From Alphaproteobacteria bacterium (GTDB taxonomy: Bacteria > Pseudomonadota > Alphaproteobacteria > Thalassobaculales > Thalassobaculaceae), in the NCBI GenBank assembly GCA_038146985.1, contig JAYQSQ010000018.1, forward strand, positions 133,349 to 197,348: DNA of 64,000 nucleotides. The letters are read 5' to 3'. The notes beneath the pieces are model-generated. The model worked only from the letters and a program-made list of their open reading frames with translations. It did not search any database and was not told where the DNA came from. Every line of letters begins with the position of its first letter. Position 1 is the first letter of the stretch. Below are positions 12,347 through 22,286 of the stretch, piece after piece. Both the position numbers and the translations under genes were made by a program.

Positions 12347-12844
12347 CTATAGTTTGCGCGCGAGGCTTGCCTTGATCAGATCATCCGTCAGGACAAGCTT
12401 CGCCGCCTTGATTTCCGAATAGGGAATGGTCACCCCATCGTCGTTGGTGTCGATCGCGACGCATTGTTCGCCATCAATCCCGCGAATTGTTCCCCGCAGG
12501 CGCTTGCGTCCGTCTATCACGCGGTGCAGATCAATCTTGGCCTCGAACCCGGAGAACCGTTCAAAATCGTCCGGTCGGACCAACGGGCGATCAATGCCCG
12601 GCGAACTGACTTCCAGGTTATACGCACCCTGGATCGGATCCTCGACATCGAGGAGCGCCGAGACCGCCCGGCTGACCGCGGCACAGTCCTCGACCGTCAT
12701 TTCGGCCCGGTCGGCCCGTTCGACCATGATCTGCAGGGTCCGCCGCCGGTCGCCGTTCAGGCTTGCGCGTACCATGTCATAGCCCATGGCCGCCACCGAA
12801 GGACCGATGATTTCCGCGACTTTTTCACCCAAAACATCCGACAT
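12347..12844 (-). CDS. rimP: ribosome maturation factor RimP
   Basis: MSDVLGEKVAEIIGPSVAAMGYDMV...LQIMVER...YNLEVSSPGIDRPL, immediately upstream of nusA. Confidence 0.9.
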   Translation of the reverse strand: MSDVLGEKVAEIIGPSVAAMGYDMVRASLNGDRRRTLQIMVERADRAEMTVEDCAAVSRAVSALLDVEDPIQGAYNLEVSSPGIDRPLVRPDDFERFSGFEAKIDLHRVIDGRKRLRGTIRGIDGEQCVAIDTNDDGVTIPYSEIKAAKLVLTDDLIKASLARKL

Positions 12845-12919
12845 CGACAGGCCCGCGAAATCCGTGCACCGGAGATAACATCTCCGTTCCACGCAAATGG
12901 TCTTCAGACAACGAACACG

Positions 12920-12941
12920 AAAAAGTGGGCCATTGGCCCAC
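12920..12941 (-). terminator. intrinsic terminator in the rimP leader
   Basis: Minus strand GTGGGCC-AAT-GGCCCAC followed directly by TTTTT. It lies 75 nt upstream of the rimP start and about 130 nt downstream of the trmB stop. Confidence 0.6.
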
Positions 12942-12979
12942 CAACCATAATTCGAAATCTGATGGAAATAGAGGACCGG

Positions 12980-13007
12980 ACTATACTCAAAAGACGGGGT
13001 CGTTCAA
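12980..13007 (-). promoter_or_regulatory. sigma70-like promoter candidate (TTGAAC-16 nt-TATAGT)
   Basis: Read on the minus strand: TTGAAC (13007-13002), 16-nt spacer, TATAGT (12985-12980). No experimental support. Confidence 0.45.
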
Positions 13008-13068
13008 GGAATATTTCCGTTCCCGGGCGCTCCGGTTCGACCGCCGTGAGGCCGCGAAGGCCAGGGTC

Positions 13069-13788
13069 TCAGCCTGTCCGTTCGAACCTCAGGAAGGCCG
13101 GCGCGCGCCCTTCCTTGATCGCCTTGGCCTCGTAGCGGGTCGGCGGCCAATCCTCTGGACGGATTCGCCAATCCCGGGGCCGGCCCGCGAGCCAACGCAG
13201 GTCCTTTCGGCCCGTCGTACGCGCAAGCATCCATCGTTGATAGCCGGGATCGTCCGTCGCCAGTCGCAACTCACCTCCAGGGCGGAGAATACGACAGAAA
13301 GCGGCGACGGTCTCAAACTGCACCACGCGCCGGTCCGCGTGTCTTCTTTTCGGCCATGGATCGGGAAACAGCACGAACAACCGGCCGAGACACCTGTCCG
13401 GAAGCCGGTCGAGAAAGGGCCTTACGTCGTCGGGGAGAATGCGGATGTTCGAGAGCTTCTTCTCGGCCGCGTGACGAAGCAGGCTGGCGACCCCGTTGAT
13501 ATAAGGCTCGCACCCGATGAAGCCGATGTCGGGGTGGCGTTCCGCCTGCCAGGCGAGATGCTCGCCCGCGCCGAAACCGATCTCCATCCAGACGTCACGT
13601 TTGGCTTCGCCGAAAAGTGCTCTCGGGTCGAGGATATCTCCCGCGGCGTCCGGATCGATGGAGAGCGCCGGCAACATGTCCCGGAGGAGAGACCGCAGAT
13701 TATCGCGCAACTTGCGCCCATGACGGCGTCCCCGGAAAGTAACGGGGTAGTTTGTCGTTGGCGCCGCGCGGGATACCGGCAAGGTCAC
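13069..13788 (-). CDS. trmB: tRNA (guanine-N7)-methyltransferase
   Basis: FRGRRHGRKLRDN...VWMEIGFGAGEHLAWQA...GCEPY...LFPDPWPKRRHADRR. The long ORF 13069..14211 overlaps metK. Start placed at the GTG at 13788 just after the metK stop (TTG at 13782 also possible). Confidence 0.85.
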   Translation of the reverse strand: MTLPVSRAAPTTNYPVTFRGRRHGRKLRDNLRSLLRDMLPALSIDPDAAGDILDPRALFGEAKRDVWMEIGFGAGEHLAWQAERHPDIGFIGCEPYINGVASLLRHAAEKKLSNIRILPDDVRPFLDRLPDRCLGRLFVLFPDPWPKRRHADRRVVQFETVAAFCRILRPGGELRLATDDPGYQRWMLARTTGRKDLRWLAGRPRDWRIRPEDWPPTRYEAKAIKEGRAPAFLRFERTG

Positions 13789-13801
13789 ACCGTCAAGGCG
13801 A

Positions 13802-14971
13802 TCAGGCCTTGAGATCCTTGAGGGCATCGACGAGATCGAGCTTCTCCCAGGAAAACCCGCCATCGGCCTCGGGCGCCCGCCCGAAATGCCCATAGGCCGA
13901 GGTGCGCGCATAGATCGGCGCGCTGAGCCCGAGGCGCTCGCGGATCGCCCGGGGTGACAGATCGACGACCTCCTGAAGATGGGCGCCCAACTTCTCCTCG
14001 GAAACCCGGCCGGTTCCGTAGGTGTCCACATAGATGGACAGTGGCTTGGCCACGCCGATCGCGTAGGAGACCTGGATCGTGCATTTGTCGGCCAGTCCCG
14101 CGGCCACCACGTTCTTGGCGACCCATCTTGCGGCATAGGCGGCCGAACGATCGACCTTGGTCGGGTCCTTGCCGGAGAAAGCGCCGCCGCCGTGCGGGGC
14201 CGCCCCGCCATAGGTGTCGACGATGATCTTGCGTCCGGTCAGGCCCGCGTCTCCGTCTGGTCCGCCGATAACAAAGCGCCCGGTCGGATTGACGTAGAAT
14301 TCCTCCTCCGGGCACATCCATCCGGCGGGAAGGACGTTCTCGACGAAAGGCCGGACGATTTCGCGCACTTCCTTCTGGTCAAGATCCTCGTCGTGCTGGG
14401 TGGAAATGACCACCGAGGTGGCGCGAACCGGCCGGCCGTTTTCGTAGCGCAGGCTGATCTGGCTTTTCGAGTCCGGGCCGAGGCCCTTGACCGCGCCGGA
14501 CCGGCGCGCCTTCGCCATATCGCGCAGAATGGCGTGCGAGTAGTGAATCGGCGCCGGCATCAAGGCGTCGGTTTCGCGGCAGGCATAACCAAACATGATA
14601 CCCTGGTCGCCGGCGCCCTCGTCCTTGTTGCCCGCGGCGTCCACGCCCATGGCGATGTCGGTCGACTGCTCGTGCAGCAGGATGGTTATCTCGGCATCAC
14701 GCCAATGGAAGCCGGCCTGTTCATATCCGATATCCTTGACCGCCGCGCGCACCGCGTCGTTGATGACATCGTGAGTGATGGTGGACGGTCCCCGCACTTC
14801 TCCGGCCAGCACGATCCGATTGGTCGTTGCGAGGGTTTCACAGGCAACCCGGCTCGCGGGGTCGGCGCCGAGATAAAGATCGACGACGGTATCGGAAATT
14901 CTATCGCAGACTTTGTCGGGATGGCCCTCGGAAACGGATTCGCTCGTAAATACATAATTTCCCTGGGCCAC
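13802..14971 (-). CDS. metK: S-adenosylmethionine synthetase
   Basis: [62 protein letters not shown]. No ATG near the conserved N-terminus, so the GTG at 14971 ([11 protein letters not shown]) is taken as the start. Confidence 0.93.
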   Translation of the reverse strand: MAQGNYVFTSESVSEGHPDKVCDRISDTVVDLYLGADPASRVACETLATTNRIVLAGEVRGPSTITHDVINDAVRAAVKDIGYEQAGFHWRDAEITILLHEQSTDIAMGVDAAGNKDEGAGDQGIMFGYACRETDALMPAPIHYSHAILRDMAKARRSGAVKGLGPDSKSQISLRYENGRPVRATSVVISTQHDEDLDQKEVREIVRPFVENVLPAGWMCPEEEFYVNPTGRFVIGGPDGDAGLTGRKIIVDTYGGAAPHGGGAFSGKDPTKVDRSAAYAARWVAKNVVAAGLADKCTIQVSYAIGVAKPLSIYVDTYGTGRVSEEKLGAHLQEVVDLSPRAIRERLGLSAPIYARTSAYGHFGRAPEADGGFSWEKLDLVDALKDLKA

Positions 14972-15171
14972 CGCGCGCCTCCGTTGGTAATCGCTTTCAG
15001 GTTCGCCTGATGATGCAAAATCTCGGCGGGGACATGCCGTCTGGCGAGGACGTCCCAGTTTATGCTCGATACGGCCTGCGAAAACCGGTAAGAGCTCCGC
15101 TGTCATTGCCGTTTTTGGTATTCTGGGTCAAGCGAAATCACGTCATCCGCCAGAGCGGAAGAGGTGTGCGC

Positions 15172-15645
15172 CTATGGTTTGCTTGTGTAGGCTTTGGCAA
15201 GGCTGCTGGCGAGCTCGAAGAGCCCACGGCGCGCTGATTCGTCGGGAATGCGATAGTAGTTGCGGATCAATTGGATCGATTCCCGCCGGGTGAGCGGGTC
15301 GGTATCGCCTTCATAGACCGCCGGCTCTTCATTGCGCGCGTATAATTGCCCGGGGGACTGATCGCGGATCTCGTCGTCCATACCTTCGTAGAAATAAGAG
15401 ATCGGCACGTCCAGCACACGGCTCAGGTCAAACAACCGGCTTGCGCCGATCCGGTTCGCGCCGCGTTCGTATTTTTGAACCTGCTGAAATGTCAGTCCAA
15501 TCGCCTCACCAAGCTTCTCCTGGCTGAGCCCGAGCAAGGTGCGGCGCAGCCGGACTCTCGCGCCGACATGAACGTCGATCGGGTTCGGTTTGCCTAGGCT
15601 GGCCATGCGGCCCGACGGGCGTCGCGATTTGGCGACTGCGGCCAT
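15172..15645 (-). CDS. XRE-family helix-turn-helix transcriptional regulator
   Basis: [51 protein letters not shown] is a classic Cro/C1 HTH. An internal Met at 15606 is an alternative start. Confidence 0.8.
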   Translation of the reverse strand: MAAVAKSRRPSGRMASLGKPNPIDVHVGARVRLRRTLLGLSQEKLGEAIGLTFQQVQKYERGANRIGASRLFDLSRVLDVPISYFYEGMDDEIRDQSPGQLYARNEEPAVYEGDTDPLTRRESIQLIRNYYRIPDESARRGLFELASSLAKAYTSKP

Positions 15646-15737
15646 GGATAATCCGTTCGCTGGCGATAGTTATGCTGAATCGAACTATACCATACGATCG
15701 TATGCGGTCAACCGTTTTTGGTTCTTTCACATGGAGA

Positions 15738-17381
15738 TTATTGCTTGTGATATAATAGTATTCCTATACATAATATGCCAAATATAATTAAATAAAATAG
15801 GTCTCCTATTATTGAATATGTTGTCGGTTGTTCCGAACGCATCGGAAGGTATCCATCGGCAATACCTTTTTCACTCAGGGGTATCTGTACCATCGTCCGA
15901 CCGTAGGCATCGTATATCCCGGAGATGCCCGTGTTGGCAGCCCGGATTAGCGGAATACCTTCCTCGATTGCGCGCATTTTTGATATCGCGAGATGTTGAT
16001 ACGGGCCCGAGCTGCGGCCATACCAAGCATCATTGGTCAGATTCAGAAGCGCCGCCACGGGCCTGGCGCCACCGCCGGTCGCGACCTCGCCCGGAAAAAT
16101 GATTTCGTAGCAAATCAGCGGGCTGACCAGACCAAGACCCGCGACGTTCAAGGGCGTGCGCGCCGGACCTGGCGTAAAATCAGTGAAGGATTGAACGACG
16201 CGCGGCAGCAAATTCAAGGATCTGAGCGGCACATACTCGCCGAAAGGCACCAGATGAACCTTGTCGTAACGCGCGCTTATCAAACCATCGGCGCCGATCC
16301 CGATCATCGAATTGTACACGCGGCGCGGTAGGTCTTCCGAGATCGTCGGTGCGCCGGTAACGAGAGTCCCGGTTTGCGGTGCCGCGGCGGCGACGGCGTG
16401 GCGCAGGTTGCGGTCCTGTGCCAGGAAGCCGGGAACCGCTGTTTCCGGCCAAATGATCACGGTCGGTTCCGTGCCGTCCGCGAGGCCGGGCGCGCGGTGG
16501 CTGGGGGAACGCGCTCGGCTGAGCTCCAGGTAGGTGGCGAGATGGCGGGCCCGGAGTTCGGGTTTCCATTTGTCCTTCTGTGCGATGTTTCCCTGCACCA
16601 GGCGGATGACGACCTTTTCGTCGGCTGCGGGCGGCGCGGCGTCGAGGCGGGCCGCGCCAGCCGCCCATAACAGGGCAGGCAAGGCCAGACAGCCGAACCC
16701 GATCAGGTTTCGACGCCTGGAGAACCCACGATCCGGGCCGGCGATCACGGCGGGCCCGACGGCGAAGACGAGAACCAGGAGTGACAGTCCGTAGGCGCCG
16801 GTGACCGAGGCCGTCTGGCTTAGTTCATGCGAGACCGAAAACGCGTAGGCCGGCAGGTTCCAGGGAAAGCCCGTGAACAAATGCCCCCGCGCATAGTCGG
16901 CCGAGCTCCACAGCGCTGCCACGGCAACGGCGCGGAGCCAACCGGGAGCCGCGAGCCATGGCAGAAAGGCCATTACCGCTGCGGGAAAGCATGCCAGGGC
17001 CATCGGCAAGCCAATCGCGGCCAACGGAACGAAAACCGCGAACTTGTCGCTTTCGACCAGGAGCGCGTTGGAAATCCAATAAAGGCCCGCGAGATGGTAA
17101 CCGAAGCCGAAAAGCCAGCCTTGCCACGCCGCCTGCGCGGCGCCGATGCCGCGTTCCAGGCGCCAGGCCAGGACCGAGAAGGCAAACAGTCCCGGCAGAA
17201 AATGCACCGGCGGCAAGGCCGCTGCGGCTACGGCTCCCAGCGTTATAGTCGTCAGCGCGCCCCGCCAGCCGGTCAATCCTGCCAGATAGCGGATCACGCG
17301 GGACATCCAACCGGCGCCCGACGTCTTGTCTCGGTCGTCGTTTAACTTTTCGGGGTCGTCGGTCGGAGGATCAACCGGCAA
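15738..17381 (-). CDS. lnt: apolipoprotein N-acyltransferase
   Basis: Multi-TM N-terminal half plus a nitrilase-like domain (VIWPETAVP, ICYEIIFPG, NLTNDAWYG). Follows corC as in many proteobacteria. A likely true start is the MSRVIRYLAG Met at 17306. Confidence 0.9.
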   Translation of the reverse strand: MPVDPPTDDPEKLNDDRDKTSGAGWMSRVIRYLAGLTGWRGALTTITLGAVAAAALPPVHFLPGLFAFSVLAWRLERGIGAAQAAWQGWLFGFGYHLAGLYWISNALLVESDKFAVFVPLAAIGLPMALACFPAAVMAFLPWLAAPGWLRAVAVAALWSSADYARGHLFTGFPWNLPAYAFSVSHELSQTASVTGAYGLSLLVLVFAVGPAVIAGPDRGFSRRRNLIGFGCLALPALLWAAGAARLDAAPPAADEKVVIRLVQGNIAQKDKWKPELRARHLATYLELSRARSPSHRAPGLADGTEPTVIIWPETAVPGFLAQDRNLRHAVAAAAPQTGTLVTGAPTISEDLPRRVYNSMIGIGADGLISARYDKVHLVPFGEYVPLRSLNLLPRVVQSFTDFTPGPARTPLNVAGLGLVSPLICYEIIFPGEVATGGGARPVAALLNLTNDAWYGRSSGPYQHLAISKMRAIEEGIPLIRAANTGISGIYDAYGRTMVQIPLSEKGIADGYLPMRSEQPTTYSIIGDLFYLIIFGILCIGILLYHKQ

Positions 17382-18336
17382 CGTCTTCCGCCGGTTCGGA
17401 CGGACGCCTTACCCTTACTGATTTCAGACGTCTGGGATCGGCGTCGATGACCTCGAACTCCAGGCCGCTCTGGTGACGGACGATCTCGCCGCGCTTGGCG
17501 ATCCGTCCGGTGATGCCAAAGATCAGGCCGGCGACGGTATCGGCTTCCTCGCGTTCGTCCTCGCTCAAAACCGGTCCGAAAAGCGCCTCGAGTTCTTCCA
17601 CCGTCGCCCGCGCATCGGCGATGGCCATGCCCTCGCCCTCGGAGACGATCTTCGGGCCCTCCTCGACATCATGCTCGTCGATGATTTCACCGACGATTTC
17701 CTCGACAAGGTCTTCGATCGTGATCAAGCCGTCGATGCCGCCGAACTCGTCGACGACCAGGGCCAGATGGCGGCGGTTCAACCGCATCTCCTGCAGCAGG
17801 TCGAGCGCCCGTATGGTCGGCGAAACAAACAGCGTTTCGCGCAGAAGATCGGGAACGGACGCCGGCTGCGAGGAACTGAGATGTGCCAGAACGTCTTTGA
17901 TGTGAACCATGCCGATCGCGTCGTCCAGGGTCTCGCGGTACACCGGTAACCGGGAATGAGCCGCTTCGATCATCTGGGAGGCGAGTTCCTGAATCGGCGT
18001 CTTCACATCGACCGCGACAATGTCCGCCCGAGGAACCATGACGTCGCGGGCCGATATGTCGCGCAGGCCGAGAACATTGCGGATGAGCGTCCTCTCGTGA
18101 CTGTCGATCGCCACGGAGTCGACATGCTCCTCCTCGATCAGTTCCTCCAGCGTGTCGCGTACGGTCGGCCCTTCCGAGATCAGGCCGATCGCGCGCAGGC
18201 ATTGCTTGATCGATCCCAGCAGCCCGCCGGACTCGTCCGAGCCGTTTCCTTGATTGTCGGCTTCGGGACGCGCGTCGGAAACCGGGTCTGGTTCGATCGA
18301 GTCTGCCGAAGGCTTGTGATACTCGGCGCTCGTCAT
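17371..18336 (-). CDS. CBS-pair/CorC_HlyC domain protein (CorC/TlyC family)
   Basis: VRDVMVPRADIVAVD...RLPVY...ALVVDEFGGIDGLITIEDLVEEIVGEI...FEVIDADPRRLKSVRV. Confidence 0.85.
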   Translation of the reverse strand: MTSAEYHKPSADSIEPDPVSDARPEADNQGNGSDESGGLLGSIKQCLRAIGLISEGPTVRDTLEELIEEEHVDSVAIDSHERTLIRNVLGLRDISARDVMVPRADIVAVDVKTPIQELASQMIEAAHSRLPVYRETLDDAIGMVHIKDVLAHLSSSQPASVPDLLRETLFVSPTIRALDLLQEMRLNRRHLALVVDEFGGIDGLITIEDLVEEIVGEIIDEHDVEEGPKIVSEGEGMAIADARATVEELEALFGPVLSEDEREEADTVAGLIFGITGRIAKRGEIVRHQSGLEFEVIDADPRRLKSVRVRRPSEPAEDVAG

Positions 18337-18902
18337 GACGGTACTCCGATGCCTGTCTCGACTGGGACATCCGCATCCCTATAGGGATCCGGAACACCGA
18401 GACCGGCCAGGATCCTGGTTTCGAGAGCTTCCATGCGGATCGCGTCGCGCTCTGCCTCGTGGTCGTAGCCAAGCAAGTGCAGACATCCGTGCACGACGAG
18501 ATGTTGGACATGGTGATTGAGCGGCCGGCCATACTCTGCGCTCTCGCGAGACACGGTCTCGAATCCCAGGATCACATCGCCAAGCACATGGCTCATGCCT
18601 GGCAGAGTGGAACCAGCCGTCGCGAAGGAAAGCACGTTGGTCGGCTTGTCCAAGCCGCGGAAATCACGATTCAGCCGGCGCACGGTTTCGTCGTCGGCCA
18701 GGACGACCGTGATCTCGCCGATCTTGGCATCTGTTCCGTTGGAGCACGCCGCTACCGCGGCCCGGCTGAGTAGCTCAATTTCCGGACAGGCGCGTGTCCA
18801 CGCATTATCGGTTACCGAGACAACCACCAAATCGTCTTCGGCGGTGGTCTCGCCCATAGCGTCCGGTTCCGGATCGTCGGATCGCGCGCGTCGTCGTCTC
18901 AT
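18333..18902 (-). CDS. ybeY: rRNA maturation endoribonuclease YbeY
   Basis: HLVVHGCLHLLGYDH zinc motif. 4-nt overlaps with phoH and corC. Confidence 0.9.
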   Translation of the reverse strand: MRRRRARSDDPEPDAMGETTAEDDLVVVSVTDNAWTRACPEIELLSRAAVAACSNGTDAKIGEITVVLADDETVRRLNRDFRGLDKPTNVLSFATAGSTLPGMSHVLGDVILGFETVSRESAEYGRPLNHHVQHLVVHGCLHLLGYDHEAERDAIRMEALETRILAGLGVPDPYRDADVPVETGIGVPS

Positions 18903-19918
18903 TTTTCGGCACCCTTGCCGATAAGCAGCCCGTCCCGCTTGCCGTAGGCATCAACGATGCGCGTGACCAGAGGATGGCGGACCACATCCGCGGCGGTAAA
19001 CTCGGTAAAGGCGATGCCTGGCACGCCCCGCAGGACGTCAAGCGAATCCCGCAATCCCGATTTCGCGCCGAACGGCAAATCGATCTGTGACAGGTCGCCG
19101 GTGACGCACATCCTGGAATTCTCACCCATGCGTGTCAGAAACATCTTCATCTGGGTCGGTGTCGTGTTCTGCGCTTCGTCGAGGATGGCAAACGCATTCG
19201 CCAGCGTGCGGCCACGCATGAAGGCAAGAGGCGCGACTTCGATTTCCCCGCTTCCGAGTAAACGCTCCACCTGTTCGCCAGGCATCATATCATAAAGTGC
19301 GTCATAGAGGGGACGCAGATACGGATCGACCTTATCCTTCATGTCACCGGGTAGAAAACCGAGGCGTTCGCCCGCTTCAACAGCCGGGCGTGACAGGATG
19401 ATCCGGTCAACACGGCGCCGTTTCAGCAGATTTACCGCCATTGCCACCGCAAGATAGGTCTTGCCGGTTCCCGCCGGTCCCAACCCGAAGACAAGCTCGC
19501 TCTCGGCGAGCGCGCGGATATAGGCATGCTGATTTGGCGATCTCGGCGCGACCGGCCGCTTCCAGGTCTCCAGATTGGTTGCCGTATCCTCGAACTTCGA
19601 AAGATCCGGACCGTCTGCCGATGCCTGCCCGTTGAGTGCGAAGGAAACCGCCGCGTCGACGGTTCCCAGGTCCATCATGTCCTTGCCCTTGCCCTTTTCC
19701 AGGCGCCGGTACAATGCTTCCAGCGTCGCCCGGGCGATGGGGGTTGAGACCTTGTCTCCGGTGATCTCTACGGTGTTTCCGAAACAGGCCAGGGAAACCT
19801 TCAATTTCTGTTCGATCCGCGCGAGATTGCGGTCGTGTTGACCGAACAGCAGCGGTAGCAGCTTGTGGTCGTCGAACTCCAGGGTGAGCCGATCTCCGTC
19901 ACCGTGCTTGACGTTCAC
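18899..19918 (-). CDS. PhoH-family ATPase (YbeZ-like)
   Basis: Walker [46 protein letters not shown]. Confidence 0.9.
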   Translation of the reverse strand: MNVKHGDGDRLTLEFDDHKLLPLLFGQHDRNLARIEQKLKVSLACFGNTVEITGDKVSTPIARATLEALYRRLEKGKGKDMMDLGTVDAAVSFALNGQASADGPDLSKFEDTATNLETWKRPVAPRSPNQHAYIRALAESELVFGLGPAGTGKTYLAVAMAVNLLKRRRVDRIILSRPAVEAGERLGFLPGDMKDKVDPYLRPLYDALYDMMPGEQVERLLGSGEIEVAPLAFMRGRTLANAFAILDEAQNTTPTQMKMFLTRMGENSRMCVTGDLSQIDLPFGAKSGLRDSLDVLRGVPGIAFTEFTAADVVRHPLVTRIVDAYGKRDGLLIGKGAEK

Positions 19919-21354
19919 CGTGTGCGTTCCTCCCTTTCGGCAGAATAAGCCATGTTCGCGACCCTTGCCGGTGCGCCGATTGTCGCAATGTGACCCGCAA
20001 GGCTGTTGCCCAGCCCTTCGGTGATTTCGACATCGGTGAGGGTGCCGAAAAGCCTATCCGGGCCATCAAAATGCACCGACTGCATGTAGGGGCCGCGGCC
20101 GAGCAACTGACCCGGACGCTGTCCGATGCGTTCAACCAGGATTTTCTGAGTGCCGCCGATGCTCGCGACGTTGAAGGCGCGCTGCTGGGCATCAAGGAGC
20201 TGTTGCAGACCCTGTAGCCGCTCCGATCTCACATCCTCGGGAATCTGTTCCTTCGCCGCGGCCGGCGTTCCGGGTCTGGGGCTGTATTTGAATGAATAGG
20301 CCTGCGCGAATCCGATCTTGGTGACCAGGTTCAATGTGGCGGCGAAATCGGTATCGGTTTCACCGGGATGGCCGACGATGAAATCCGAGGAAAGGGCGAG
20401 GTCGGGCCGCGCGTTTCGAAGTCTGTCCACCAGGCGCAGATAATCGGCGGCGCTATGCTTGCGGTTCATCGCTTCCAATATGCGGTCGGAACCCGATTGC
20501 ACCGGCAGATGCAGGAAGGGCATCAGTTGCGGGATATCGCCGTGCGCCGCGATCAGATCGTCATGCATGTCGCGCGGGTGAGACGTCGTATAGCGAATGC
20601 GCTCGAGACCGTCGATGTCGGCAAGCGCCCGGATCAGTCGGGCCAGAGACCATTCCCGTCCGTCCGGCCCGTCGCCGTGGTACGCGTTGACGTTCTGGCC
20701 GAGCAGGGTGATCTCAAGAACGCCGCCCTCCACCAGACGCCGAGCCTCGTCAAGGACGGCCGTCGCCGGGCGCGATATCTCCGCGCCGCGCGTGTAGGGA
20801 ACCACGCAGAAGGAACAGAACTTGTCGCAGCCCTCCTGAATTGTCAGGAAGGCGCTGCTCGAAGTCGCGGAATTCTGGGGCAGGTGATCGAATTTGCTTT
20901 CCGGCGGGAAATCGGTGTCGAGCAGCCGGGCGCCCCGGGTTTTGGTGCCGCCGCCGGCCGCCTTGGCGACCAGTTCAGGCAATCGGTGATAGGTTTGCGG
21001 GCCGAACACCATATCCACATACGGTGCCCGATCCAGAATCTCCTGGCCTTCGGCCTGCGCGACGCAGCCCGCGACCGCTAGCAGGACCTCGCGCCCTTCG
21101 TCCAGAGCGCCGCTCTTCAGCACCCGCATCCGCCCCAGTTCCGAAAAGATCTTCTCGGTCGCTTTTTCACGTATGTGGCAGGTGTTGAGAATGATCAGAT
21201 CCGCGGCATCCGCCGTGTCCACGAGATCGTAGCCGGAAGGCGCCAGCGCATCCGCCATGCGATCGGAATCGTAGACGTTCATCTGGCAGCCGTAGGTCTT
21301 GATGAAAAGCGACTTTCTCGCCGCCGCGTCACGCAGCTTGTTCGGTGCCGTCAT
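19915..21354 (-). CDS. miaB: tRNA-2-methylthio-N6-dimethylallyladenosine synthase
   Basis: [14 protein letters not shown], radical-SAM [16 protein letters not shown]-terminal TRAM region. Confidence 0.93.
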   Translation of the reverse strand: MTAPNKLRDAAARKSLFIKTYGCQMNVYDSDRMADALAPSGYDLVDTADAADLIILNTCHIREKATEKIFSELGRMRVLKSGALDEGREVLLAVAGCVAQAEGQEILDRAPYVDMVFGPQTYHRLPELVAKAAGGGTKTRGARLLDTDFPPESKFDHLPQNSATSSSAFLTIQEGCDKFCSFCVVPYTRGAEISRPATAVLDEARRLVEGGVLEITLLGQNVNAYHGDGPDGREWSLARLIRALADIDGLERIRYTTSHPRDMHDDLIAAHGDIPQLMPFLHLPVQSGSDRILEAMNRKHSAADYLRLVDRLRNARPDLALSSDFIVGHPGETDTDFAATLNLVTKIGFAQAYSFKYSPRPGTPAAAKEQIPEDVRSERLQGLQQLLDAQQRAFNVASIGGTQKILVERIGQRPGQLLGRGPYMQSVHFDGPDRLFGTLTDVEITEGLGNSLAGHIATIGAPARVANMAYSAEREERTR

Positions 21355-21464
21355 CCGGTTCCGTTCTGCGAGCGATCAGCCGTAAGCGCAGGCATTCTCT
21401 CCGGTTCCCGCGTATTTCACCAAGGGAAAGAGTATCATCGGACCTCGCCAAGTCAAGCAAACCG

Positions 21465-22286
21465 TCACGGTTCGCCATCCCTTCCGACCCCCTCGGCGAC
21501 CTGTCGGTAACAGTGATTGGCCAAGGCCTTGCGATCGGCGAAATCGGATGCGCGAACGGGATCATGAAATCGGATGATGATCTCGGCAGAGCCGAGCGAC
21601 AAGGCCGACCACAGGTGCGGCGCCAGGTCCATGTCGCCGAACCAGGCATAGAAGGGCCGATAGGCCCGGCCGATCGGGATGCCGTTTAACCGGGCGTAGC
21701 GGATCGAGATCGGCTGAATCAAGACCGCGCTGCTTTCCACGGCCGCGAAAAGCGTGCTCTTGAATGGCAACACGCGGCTGCCGTCGCTGCTCGTGCCTTC
21801 GGGAAAGACGATCAGGGAATCCGGGGTGTCGAGCCGCGCTCGAATATTGCCGATTTGGGAACGAGGGTCGGTGGCCCGCCGGTCGATGAAGACCGTCCGG
21901 CACAGCCGCGCCAGAAATCCGAATACCGGCCACGCCGCAACGTCGCTTTTGGCGACGAAACCAGCGTCGAGCAGGGACCCGAGGGCAATAACGTCGAAAT
22001 AGGAGACATGATTGGATACGAACAGGACCGACGGATCTTGTACCGGGGCGCCGTCGCAGCGGACGCGCAGGCCGATGATGCCGGCGGTCAGCCGGTGATG
22101 GGCTCGTGGTATCGCGCGCGCCAGGGCCGGCCAGCATGCCAAGGCGGCGGCCTGGAAGGGCAGCAACGCGGCGGTCAGAAGGCCATAGGCGGCGAGCCGG
22201 CTGCCCGCCAACCAGGGGTTGCCGATTTTGGCGATGGCAAAGGCCTCGTCGTTCCGCGCCGCCATTTCGCCCTGTGCCGTGTTCAT
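21465..22286 (-). CDS. olsA: lysophospholipid/lyso-ornithine-lipid O-acyltransferase (PlsC family)
   Basis: Acyltransferase HX4D block VSNHVSYFDV and FPEGTSS. 4-nt overlap with the upstream olsB-like gene. The symbol rests on the gene pairing, not on assay data. Confidence 0.65.
   Translation of the reverse strand: MNTAQGEMAARNDEAFAIAKIGNPWLAGSRLAAYGLLTAALLPFQAAALACWPALARAIPRAHHRLTAGIIGLRVRCDGAPVQDPSVLFVSNHVSYFDVIALGSLLDAGFVAKSDVAAWPVFGFLARLCRTVFIDRRATDPRSQIGNIRARLDTPDSLIVFPEGTSSDGSRVLPFKSTLFAAVESSAVLIQPISIRYARLNGIPIGRAYRPFYAWFGDMDLAPHLWSALSLGSAEIIIRFHDPVRASDFADRKALANHCYRQVAEGVGRDGEP

Noticed and set aside
13789-14211. The N-terminal extension of the trmB ORF.
   Set aside because: It overlaps the well-supported metK coding region in another frame and is Pro/Arg-rich.
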